Shown here piece by piece: positions 17,048 to 24,900 of a stretch of 32,000 nt of DNA (position 1 is its first letter; each line of letters starts with the position of its first letter). Position numbers and translations under genes: made by a program. The stretch covers positions 36,087 to 68,086 of the forward strand of contig NZ_JAYKGW010000090.1 in NCBI RefSeq assembly GCF_035285525.1. The letters run 5' to 3'. Under the pieces are notes generated by a model that ran no database searches, was not told the origin of the DNA, and saw nothing but the letters and a program-made list of their open reading frames with translations. This stretch comes from Okeania sp. Lineage in GTDB: Bacteria > Cyanobacteriota > Cyanobacteriia > Cyanobacteriales > Microcoleaceae.

Positions 17048-17500
17048 TTAAATCGGAGCAGTTACTAACTCTTTCTCTACTATTTCTGTTGCTTCTGGAG
17101 GTTTTTCTGCTTCTATATCCATGAGTGCTTTTATCCTTTTAAATAAATCGACTTCTGCCGGTTCTTTGTCTGTTAATTTTTCGTAAAAATAGGGGTCATT
17201 TAACCAGTGGGGAAAAGCTATTTCTAATAAACCATTTTCCCAGAGTTTAAAACGCCAGTATTTTGATACTCGATCATCGACTATCTCAAATAATGGGGCA
17301 CAATGTTTCTGAGGATAATAGATAAAATTGTCATCGCAAATGTAGTACCAAAACTTTCCTTCTGCTTGATCGATAGCATAGACAATATATTCTTTACCTA
17401 CTGTTAATCTAAAGAGGGTTTCTGTGGTTCGATTAACAGCTGGATCGAGATAATTTTCTGGAAGAGATGCGCCAGTGTTGGCAATACAACGAATTTTCAT
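17048..17500 (-). CDS. Hypothetical acidic 150-aa protein B1 (downstream gene of the duplicated two-gene module)
   Basis: I chose the ATG at 17500 (MKIRCIANTGASLPE...) because an AAGGA lies ~10 nt upstream and the paralogue B2 starts at the same residue. The track ORF (191 aa) extends upstream into gene A1. B1 is 100/150 identical to B2 by manual alignment. I do not recognise the family. Confidence 0.7.
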   Translation of the reverse strand: MKIRCIANTGASLPENYLDPAVNRTTETLFRLTVGKEYIVYAIDQAEGKFWYYICDDNFIYYPQKHCAPLFEIVDDRVSKYWRFKLWENGLLEIAFPHWLNDPYFYEKLTDKEPAEVDLFKRIKALMDIEAEKPPEATEIVEKELVTAPI

Positions 17501-17513
17501 GGGTTTATTTTCC

Positions 17514-17822
17514 TTATTGATTTCTTGGTGCTGCTTTGGGATATTCTCGTTTGAATTTAAACTCAACGTCTTGAGCAGTTTTGCGGTTTCTGTACCAGTG
17601 GACTTGTACCGCTGCTCCATCAAGTATTAAACTATTCGTACTTGACATTTTAACCCAGTCTCCTGGTTCGCCGCCATAATTTTCGACGAGTCGGGGAGAA
17701 CATCTCAAAGGTTTTAATGGCGTTCCTTGAATTTCTATGGCTATCCCAGCCTTAGCCTGTTCTAAAAGCAGTTGCTCTTCTAAGTTATTGGGAGTTTCAT
17801 CGGGAATCGGGCCAGTTGTCAC
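17514..17822 (-). CDS. Hypothetical 102-aa protein A1 (upstream gene of the module; GTG start, basic C-terminus ending VQVHWYRNRKTAQDVEFKFKREYPK)
   Basis: The frame is intact, with a GTG start and no clear SD. A conserved TATAAT lies ~45 nt upstream. The stop is 13 nt before the B1 ATG. The paralogue A2 is disrupted. I do not recognise the family. Confidence 0.55.
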   Translation of the reverse strand: MTTGPIPDETPNNLEEQLLLEQAKAGIAIEIQGTPLKPLRCSPRLVENYGGEPGDWVKMSSTNSLILDGAAVQVHWYRNRKTAQDVEFKFKREYPKAAPRNQ

Positions 17823-17875
17823 AGTGTTGTTTTTTTTGCTTGGTAAAAAAGGTTGATTCTAATTATAAAATAAAA

Positions 17876-17953
17876 GCGATCGCTCCTTATCAAAAGCAGG
17901 TTTAAGGAAAGCCAGAAACCCGGTTTTTCCGAAAAACCGGGTTTCTCAAAGGG
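17876..17953 (+). repeat. Element P copy 2
   Basis: gcgatcgctccttatcaaaagcaggtttaaggaaagcc followed by the palindrome agaaacccggtttttccgaaaaaccgggtttct (17914-17946). Confidence 0.9.
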
Positions 17954-18031
17954 CTGGGTTGACATAAAATTAATAGAAACCTGTAGGAGTTTATGGTCAT
18001 TAACCCCCACTCTTTCATTATCAATTATCCA

Positions 18032-18793
18032 TTAAAAAGATACCCAAGATTTAACATCATCAAAACTCCAAGGCGAAGGCGGATTCTTATTGTAGTCAAT
18101 AAAATATTCGTATCCGAGTTGCTCGTATAACTCAGATACTAATTGCTGTAAATCTAATATCGGTTCGATATCTGTTGGCAAAAGGGGAAAAGGGAAACTG
18201 GGAAGGCGATCGCCTACGTTAAAACTGTACAAATCTGGGGTGGGGCGAGTATTACCACGACTAACTAATATACGATAGTGTTTTGATTTGCTATTGTGGA
18301 AAACTGGCATGGCAGAGCCACCTCGTAATAAATCTATTTCTACTAAGTGAGTCATACTTTCTAAGATTTGTTGTCGTTTGGCTAGATACTTCTGGTGACC
18401 TTCTCCTGTTTTATTAGCAGGGGAGAGAACTTCTACAACCGCGACTACTTCTTTTGTGGCTGTATCTTTGACTTCAATGTAGGATTGCCGGACTTCTTCT
18501 CGTAGGGGAATGGCTACTTTCACGGGTTTGACTGAGAGTTTTTGGGCAGTAATGGTTGCTGCCAGCGTAGTTTTTGATTCTCGATTATTTTGTACGCTAA
18601 CGTCTGGTCTACCGATAGTAATGGAGGTTGAGTTGCCGATTTTATAAACCCACTTGTCAGTGACGACTCGGTATTTGGGAGCGAGCGGTGGAACCAGGTT
18701 TCTAGCTATGGCAGCAACCAGTTGATTGTGGAAGTCAGACCAATATTCAGGTTGTTCGAGATAAGGATTCATTCCGGGAAATGGATTGGGCAT
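18032..18793 (-). CDS. DUF4058 family protein (Uma2/PD-(D/E)xK restriction-endonuclease-like fold)
   Basis: I start it at MPNPFPGMNPYLEQPEYWSDFHNQLV, the typical DUF4058 N-terminus. It also carries EVLSPANK and LVEIDLLRGG motifs. The 37 extra residues in the track ORF (MFKKPGFLEKTGFL...) are read-through of element P. Confidence 0.85.
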   Translation of the reverse strand: MPNPFPGMNPYLEQPEYWSDFHNQLVAAIARNLVPPLAPKYRVVTDKWVYKIGNSTSITIGRPDVSVQNNRESKTTLAATITAQKLSVKPVKVAIPLREEVRQSYIEVKDTATKEVVAVVEVLSPANKTGEGHQKYLAKRQQILESMTHLVEIDLLRGGSAMPVFHNSKSKHYRILVSRGNTRPTPDLYSFNVGDRLPSFPFPLLPTDIEPILDLQQLVSELYEQLGYEYFIDYNKNPPSPWSFDDVKSWVSF

Positions 18794-18839
18794 GGTTTTT
18801 CTGAGGTAGTTGGTTTTATTTAATGTAGCAGAATGGGTG

Positions 18840-18907
18840 GCGATCGCTTTCTGAAGACTATCCAGAAACCCGGTTTTTTCCAAAAAACCGGGTTTCTTAA
18901 ACAATTA
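18840..18907 (+). repeat. Element P copy 3
   Basis: HIP1 at 18840-18847 and the palindrome agaaacccggttttttccaaaaaaccgggtttct at 18864-18897. The linker differs from the other copies. Confidence 0.85.
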
Positions 18908-18940
18908 AGCGGGAGTTGTTGCTAACTTTTTCTCTAACGA
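18905..18940 (-). pseudogene. 12-codon 3' remnant of a third B-type gene
   Basis: The reverse complement reads SLEKKLATTPA-stop, matching the B1 (EKELVTAPI) and B2 (DKELATAPA) C-termini. It holds the same position relative to element P. Upstream homology ends where the UPF0175 promoter region begins. Confidence 0.6.
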
Positions 18941-18992
18941 TATGATAACATAATTTTGAGAAAATAAATTCACTTCTTGATTGGAGGACAAA

Positions 18993-19244
18993 ATGCAAAT
19001 TACTTTGGAAATTCCTGATGAGATGCTTCAAGGAAAAGGATTAAACGAAGGAGAATGGTTGCAGGAAATAGCGATCGCTCTATTTCAAAAAGAATTAATA
19101 ACTCTCGCTCGTGCTAGCAGGATTGCCCGAATGCACCAAATGGATTTTCAAAAGCTAATTGCCAGTCGCGGTATCTGCATTCATTACGATGTTGAAGAGT
19201 TTGAACAAGACATTCGGCATTTAGAAGAGCGGGGTTGGTTATGA
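18993..19244 (+). CDS. UPF0175 family antitoxin-like protein
   Basis: The ATG at 18993 is preceded by GGAGGA. The product MQITLEIPDE...EIAIALFQKELITLARASRIARMHQMDFQKLIASRGI fits the UPF0175 pattern. The gene overlaps the next gene by ATGA. Confidence 0.8.
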   Translation: MQITLEIPDEMLQGKGLNEGEWLQEIAIALFQKELITLARASRIARMHQMDFQKLIASRGICIHYDVEEFEQDIRHLEERGWL

Positions 19245-19639
19245 TTATTGTTAGCGATACTTCACCTTTATGTAATCTACAACTGGTTAATTCTCTCTGG
19301 TTATTGCGAGAACTTTATGGTATAGTTATAATTCCTCATGTTGTGGCTGAGGAACTTGCTGCTGCTAGCAATCTGGATATTCAAAATATTTGCCACCTAG
19401 AATGGATACAAATCCGAACTCTTAGTTTAACAAAGGTTGCTGAAAGCCTTCAGAGGAAGCGGGGATTATATCCAGGAGAAGCCAAGGCCATAGCTTTAGC
19501 AATCGAGCTTAAGGCAGACGATCTGCTTATTGATGAGCGACTCGGAAGACGAGAAGCTTTGCAACTCGGATTATCTGTTATTGGTGTATTGGGGATTTTA
19601 GTCGCTGCCAAACAAAAAGGTTTAATTCCAATGGTATAA
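19241..19639 (+). CDS. DUF3368 (PIN-like) toxin-like protein, shortened by an in-frame TAA
   Basis: The product reads MIIVSDTSPL...PGEAKAIALAIELKADDLLIDERLGRREA...IGVLGILVAAKQKGLIP. After the TAA at 19637-19639 the same frame continues PVMDTLIEEAGFRVSDRLYQRIIT to a TGA at 19712-19714. That stretch looks like the normal family C-terminus. Confidence 0.75.
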   Translation: MIIVSDTSPLCNLQLVNSLWLLRELYGIVIIPHVVAEELAAASNLDIQNICHLEWIQIRTLSLTKVAESLQRKRGLYPGEAKAIALAIELKADDLLIDERLGRREALQLGLSVIGVLGILVAAKQKGLIPMV

Positions 19640-19746
19640 CCTGTTATGGATACCCTTATTGAGGAGGCTGGTTTTAGAGTAAGTGATCGTTTATACCAGC
19701 GAATTATTACTTGATCTAGTGAGTGAAGTGTTAAAAAGGGAAGGTT

Positions 19747-19828
19747 GCGATCGCTCCACATCAAAACCAGATTTAGGGAAAGCCAGAAACCAGGTTTTTT
19801 TGAAAAAACTAGGTTTCTTAAACAATTA
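19747..19828 (+). repeat. Element P copy 4
   Basis: gcgatcgctccacatcaaaaccagatttagggaaagcc followed by agaaaccaggtttttttgaaaaaactaggtttct (19785-19818). It abuts the stop of gene B2. Confidence 0.9.
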
Positions 19829-20278
19829 AGCGGGAGCAGTTGCTAACTCTTTATCCTCTGTTTCTGTTGCTTCTGGCGGTTTTTCTGCTTCTCTATCCAT
19901 GAGGTATCTTATCCTTTTAAACAAATCGACTTCTGCCGGTTCTTGGTCTGTTAATTTATCATAGAAATAGGGAATGGTAAACCATTGAGAAAACGCTACT
20001 CTTAACAAGCCGTTTGGCCTTAAATTAAAGCGCCAATATTTAGATAGTCGATCGTCTACTACCTCAAACAACGGGGCGGGATTTTGCATCGGGTAATACA
20101 TATAATGGTCGTCAGCAATGTAGTACCAAATTTGTCCTTTCCATTCATAAAAAGCATAAACAACATACTCTTTGCCAATAGTTAATCCAAATTCTAGGTC
20201 TCTAGTGTAACCTCCATTAGGATCGAGATCATGCTCTGGCAGAGATGCGCCAGTGTTAGCGATACAACGAATTTTCAT
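19826..20278 (-). CDS. Hypothetical 150-aa protein B2 (paralogue of B1)
   Basis: It has the same length and the same MKIRCIANTGASLPE start as B1. It is 67 percent identical to B1, with divergence concentrated in residues ~16-67 and ~85-102. The frame is intact. Confidence 0.7.
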   Translation of the reverse strand: MKIRCIANTGASLPEHDLDPNGGYTRDLEFGLTIGKEYVVYAFYEWKGQIWYYIADDHYMYYPMQNPAPLFEVVDDRLSKYWRFNLRPNGLLRVAFSQWFTIPYFYDKLTDQEPAEVDLFKRIRYLMDREAEKPPEATETEDKELATAPA

Positions 20279-20291
20279 GGGTTGATGTTCC

Positions 20292-20599
20292 TTATTGATT
20301 TTTAGGTGCTGTTTTGGGATATTCCCGTTTAAATTTGAACTCAACGTTTTGAGCTGTTTTGTTGTTTCTATACCAATGGACTTGTACGGAAGCTCCATCA
20401 ATTAATACAGACTGTTTAGTTGTCATTTGATCCCAGTCTTCGAGAGAACCGCCATAGTTGGCCACAAGTTGCGAAGCGTATCTTAGCGGTTCTTTACTGC
20501 CATTAAAGATGGTCTTACTTTGCCCTTTTTGGCATCTTCTAGAAGTAGTTGCTATTCTAAGTTATTGGGTGTTTCATCGGGAATCGGGCCTGTTGTCAC
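20292..20599 (-). pseudogene. A2, disrupted paralogue of A1 (in-frame TAG plus a 1-nt frameshift)
   Basis: The GTG at 20599 gives TTGPIPDETPNNLE, then TAG at 20552-20554, then QLLLEDAKKG. After a frame change it reads QSKTIFNGSKEPLRYASQLVANYGGSLEDWDQMTTKQSVLIDGASVQVHWYRNNKTAQNVEFKFKREYPKTAPKNQ-stop. It is 308 nt long versus 309 nt for A1. Confidence 0.75.
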
Positions 20600-20650
20600 A
20601 GTGTTGTTTTTTGCTTGGTAAAAAAGGTTGATTCTAATTATAAAATAAAA

Positions 20651-20728
20651 GCGATCACTCTTGATAAAAACCAAACTTAGGGAAAGCCAGAAACCCGGTT
20701 TTTCGGAAAAACCGGGTTTCTCAAAGGG
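20651..20728 (+). repeat. Element P copy 5 (HIP1 degenerated to gcgatcac)
   Basis: gcgatcactcttgataaaaaccaaacttagggaaagcc followed by agaaacccggtttttcggaaaaaccgggtttct (20689-20721). Confidence 0.9.
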
Positions 20729-20741
20729 CATAATTAACATT

Positions 20742-21771
20742 AGAGTTGTTGGGAAATAACTTAGGTTAGAAAAAAACTCAAACGAAAACTGATAGATTTC
20801 CTGAGTAATTTGATTACTTATGCTGCCATCAGATATAAGTTCCACGGGTACAGTTGCTGTTAGCATTAATTTGTCATCAAAATCATACTTATGATTACGA
20901 TAAATCTGACTGACAACTCCATAACGTTTCATACCCTTGATATGCGTTTTCACATACTACCCTTGATTGGCTCAATTTCCGATTTTCTAATTTTTGTTGC
21001 TCACTTAACTCTCCCCCTTTTGGTTTTTTATGGGGAATGCGGATATTTTCATACTGATGCGTGGATACCTTGGAAACCACTGTCTACTTGAATCGGAATC
21101 TCTACAGGTATATTTCAAGCGCAATTTCTCCTGATCATGGAACTTCTTATCATGTAGCTTTCCTTCTCGTGCCTGGCTCAATACCAGTACTTTCTGGTTT
21201 TGATTGACTGCAACTAAATGTTTACGAGTGTGACGCTTTTTTTTTCCCGAATAATTCAGTTTTGGTTTTTCTGAGTCAGTTAGTCGTTGCACTGGCCGCT
21301 GAAGTGCCATCCATTATCACTCGTTTTACTCCAGGGAAACGTTCTATGAATCCTTGGACACTGTTAACTTGACGCTCTGGTAGCACCTTTTTTTCTTCCA
21401 GAGCTGCTTCTAATGCTAGGGGTTGTCAGCGATGAACCCAATAATGTGCCTGACTACGGTCGATATCAAATAAGATACCAGCTCAATCAAAAGTTGGGTA
21501 ACACTTAAAGTAGAATAGAATGTCAAACAATTTGTCTTGATTGGTGCGTAAACGAGCCTTACGGCCTCCTCCAATAGAGCGTTGACGAGGTTTTGAGTGC
21601 AATGTTTGCTCATACATTTGAGCAAAGGACTCCAACAAAGATTCAAATGCTTTACGGTTTAATCCCGTTAATCCTCTGAGTAACCTGTCTGGTTTTAAGG
21701 CTCGTTCAATATTTAGCATTTTTATGGCCAATTTCTTCTTGAATCATTTTACCTTATTTCCCAACAACTCT
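20742..21771 (-). mobile_element. Decayed 1030-bp insertion sequence, IS5-family-like (PIF/Harbinger-type DDE_Tnp_4 transposase), with perfect 18-bp terminal inverted repeats and a 3-bp ATT target duplication
   Basis: The TIR agagttgttgggaaataa at 20742-20759 is the reverse complement of 21754-21771. ATT flanks both ends (20739-41 and 21772-74). Transposase fragments lie on the minus strand: LLRGLTGLNRKAFESL...GGGRKARL...FYFKCYPTFD, two in-frame TGAs, then YSGKKKRHTRKH, YENIRIPHKKPKGGELSEQQKLENRKLSQSRVVCENA and KRYGVVSQIYRN. These sit in at least 3 different frames. Confidence 0.8.
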
Positions 21772-21852
21772 ATTAAATGAATAGAAAACCTGTAGGGGGG
21801 TTTCATGTCGCGCAGCAAAATGCTATTCGCCCTTAACCTTTTATTATCAATT

Positions 21853-21889
21853 AAAAAAACGCCCCGGTCGTAATATCGGGGCGTTTTTT
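21853..21889. terminator. Bidirectional intrinsic terminator downstream of the RTX-type gene
   Basis: aaaaaaacgccccg gtcgtaatat cggggcgtttttt forms a 7-bp GC stem flanked by an A-run and a T-run. It lies 53 nt past the stop at 21942. Confidence 0.7.
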
Positions 21890-21941
21890 GGTTGGGGAGC
21901 GATCGCTCCCAACTACTAAACTGGTTTACTCACCGCAGTTT

Positions 21942-24900
21942 CTAAAGCTGAATCCTAAAATCCGTGACACCAATATCCGGCGCACCCTCTAATTTAACAA
22001 ACAAACCGCCATTCCCCAAACCAGCTTTGTTACCATTACTATTGTAAAACAGTTCTCCGCTCTCGTCATTGTAAACAATAAATGCTTTGCTGCTAGCAAC
22101 CTCGGCAGCATCATCAACAACTGCAAATTCCCGTTTGCGACTGAAACTATTACCTTGAAGACTCTTGATAACTTTAAACGCGCTTTTGTCGAGAATAAGT
22201 TTGTCTTCACCCAATATAAAGTCAGTTATTTCATCGGTTTCTGTTTTCTTAAAGTCAGCAAAAATAAAGGAATCTCTGCCTTTGCCTCCAGTTAATATAT
22301 CCTCCCCTTTACCGCCATTGAGTTTGTCTTTACCCTTGCCTCCAAGTAGGGTGTCGTTGCCGTTTTTCCCCAACAGTTTGTCGTTACCGCCCTTGCCATC
22401 TAACACATCGTCTAGATTACTGCCTCTGAGAGTATTTCTACGATTGTTGCCGTTTTTAATAATGCCTTGGTTTGGGTTATTTAAGGAGTCAATTATTTCC
22501 TGACCCGTGAGGTTATCCACAGTCTCAATGAAACCTTCACCTTTGTTGCCTTTTTCGTCGAAAAAGTTGTTAATAGTCAGTTCTTTAGTAATTACTATCT
22601 TACCATTTTTCTCCTCCAATAATTGGGAAGACTCTCCACTAAAGAGTTCCATCAGTTCTTTGTCGATATTTTGCTTGATCGTAGCGATCTTCCCATTTCC
22701 ATCAATATCTATTACTAGATCGGTACCTTGACGCAAAAAGCCAGTCTTGCCTTTAGCTAAACCACCTTCAGAAAGATCGACATCTTCTAGTTCGAGACGA
22801 TCTTTACCACCAGTATCAATGATCTGACTACCAGATGCGTTTTTAGCTTGGAGTATGTATAAATCATCTCCATCACCACCGTTCAAAATATCAGCATCGC
22901 CTCCACCTTCGAGAGTATCTTTCCCATCACCACCTTCGAGACTGTCGTTTCCAGTACCACCATCTACTTCATCATCACCTACACCACCAGATATAATGTC
23001 TTGACCATCACCACCACTAATCACATCTGCTTGATTTCCTGAAGTTGATTTCAGTTGAAAATCTCCCAAGATAAAATCGTTTCCAGTACCACCAAACATT
23101 GTGTCAGCACCTTCACCTCCAGACATAATATCTTCTCCAGCATTACCCCAGATTTGGTCGTCACCACCTTTGGCATAAACTGCATCATCTCCATCAAGAG
23201 ACCTGATAACATCTGCCTCATCTTGACCAACCAAATGATTATCTTGACTGGTATCAACTAATTTTTTGCTGTTCTGTGCGACTCCAAAAATTGTTTCTAA
23301 CTCCTCTATGTCTGTTATATTTGTAGGATTCAAAACCAAGTGAGTTAAATGAGAATATCCTTCGGGTTCAGCGATGGTGTAGGTGACATCAATGGTTGCG
23401 GATGTGGCAGTTACAGTTTTAGGTAGTTTGACTTTCCAAGCATCTTTGGCGCTGTTGACGGTAATAGTTTTACCATCCTGAGTTACTTCTAGATTGCTAA
23501 TTACTAGATCGTCTAAAGTGTAGAGATTTTTTACTTCTATATCGGGATCGCTAAAGTTCTGGAGGAGAAATTCTTTGGGCAGGCTAAATTCTTTTAAACC
23601 ACTGGGTAGATCGTAATCCCAGCGAGCTGGTGTTTGACCAGGTTGACGAATATTACCCTCAGCCAAATCTACGCGATCGACTGCCCATTCGTTATCAAGT
23701 TGTATTTGAGCAGTTTGGCCGTCAGTTGTAATAGCTTCCGAATAAAAGAGACGCGATCGCTGGTCGTTACCAAAGGGATCGAGAATAGGCTCGTTAGCTT
23801 TTTTACTCTTGTTATAAACTGAGTCTGGTACGAGGATGGAGTTAACATCTTCTGTCTCAAACTTAATCAAACCAATTCCAAATAGCAGATCGACTGTACC
23901 ATCTGGTTTTGTTACTTCTACTGCATTTTCATAAGTTTCGGAAGCTCGGATCGCATAATCCTGAGAACTACCTTCCGTGTAAACTACCACATCGCTCAAG
24001 AATGGAGAAGTAAAACCATCGAAAGCTACAGGCTCCCCAGTAGTTGAAGTAGAAGCAGACATTATAAAAACGTTTTCCCCAGGGCTAATAATAGTATTGT
24101 TACCCCCGCCGGAATAAATAAAATTATAGGTGTTGGCATCGGCAACTAATTTATCATCTCCTTCTCCTAAGTGGTAGCTAACCATCGGTACATATTGAGC
24201 ATAAGATGTTTTTGGGAAATTACTCTCTAGAGGTTGAGAGGTAAATGGTTTAACTTTTTGTAAATCATTTTTAGTGAAATTGAAATCAGAGCTTATGTTT
24301 GCGTATTCAGCATTTAAGATTGTGTCTGCTTTATCAGTAAATATAACTTCAGGAATGTAGCTGCTATATACTCCGCCTACTCCTCCTGGTAGTTCTGTAT
24401 TGTCAAAGGCATCTTTTAAACTACTGAAGTCAACCCTGTTCACTTTTCCTAATGCGAACCAATGGGTTCCATCCAGAACTTTTGTACTTTCAAAAACAAC
24501 CTCATCAAATATATCGTCATCTATTCCTAAGGTTAGCGCACTCCTAATATTATCTTTGAGAATAACTTTCCGATAGGCGTCATCTTGATTAGGTTGTCTC
24601 CCACGAATTAAAATGTTTTCTACAAGAGACCAACCAATAGTAAAGGTTTGTTTTGACGGTGACTGCAAGGAATAGCGTTCGTCGCTACCTACTTCTTTTC
24701 TAGCTGAAGATCCCGCCAAGTCAGCAGAAGCTATAATCAAAGATTTTAAGTCAGCATCAATGCGATCGAGAGTGAAGAAAGGTCCACTGCGACTTTCTCG
24801 GGGATCGTAATATTTAATAAAGTTAGAGTCATCAATTTCAACTTCCACTTCTGATAAGTCGGAAACACCTATCTTTCTCTCAAGTGCTTGAGTTTCCAAG

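Noticed and set aside
17819-18010. Track ORF of 63 aa (…PFEKPGFSEKPGFWLSL…), and likewise the 3' part of ORF 20552..20953
   Set aside because: These are translations straight through the element-P palindrome and the promoter-like AT-rich DNA. The EKPGFSEKPGFW peptide is just the palindrome read in frame. ORF 20552..20953 additionally fuses the IS transposase C-terminus, element P and the A2 N-terminus.
19450-19764. Track ORF of 104 aa on the minus strand
   Set aside because: It is antisense to the DUF3368 gene and runs into element P. It has S/R-rich low-complexity composition.
16968-20728. Interpretation of element P as integron attC sites (a CALIN-type array)
   Set aside because: I cannot find the R''/R' core boxes (RYYYAAC / GTTRRRY) at the element ends. 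The palindrome is perfect rather than bulged. No intI-like gene or attI is in the window. I keep it only as an analogy in the finding, not as a call.
21416-21646. Track ORF of 76 aa within the IS
   Set aside because: It is an out-of-frame overlap of the transposase N-terminal fragment. The true frame is the one giving LLRGLTGLNRKAFESL...FYFKCYPTFD.
22165-23860. Track ORFs 21989..22210, 22165..22503, 22507..22731, 23051..23257, 23055..23261, 23634..23822 and 23669..23860
   Set aside because: They are alternative-frame or antisense shadows inside the 1304-aa RTX-type gene. They have low-complexity S/L/P-rich composition and no independent support.
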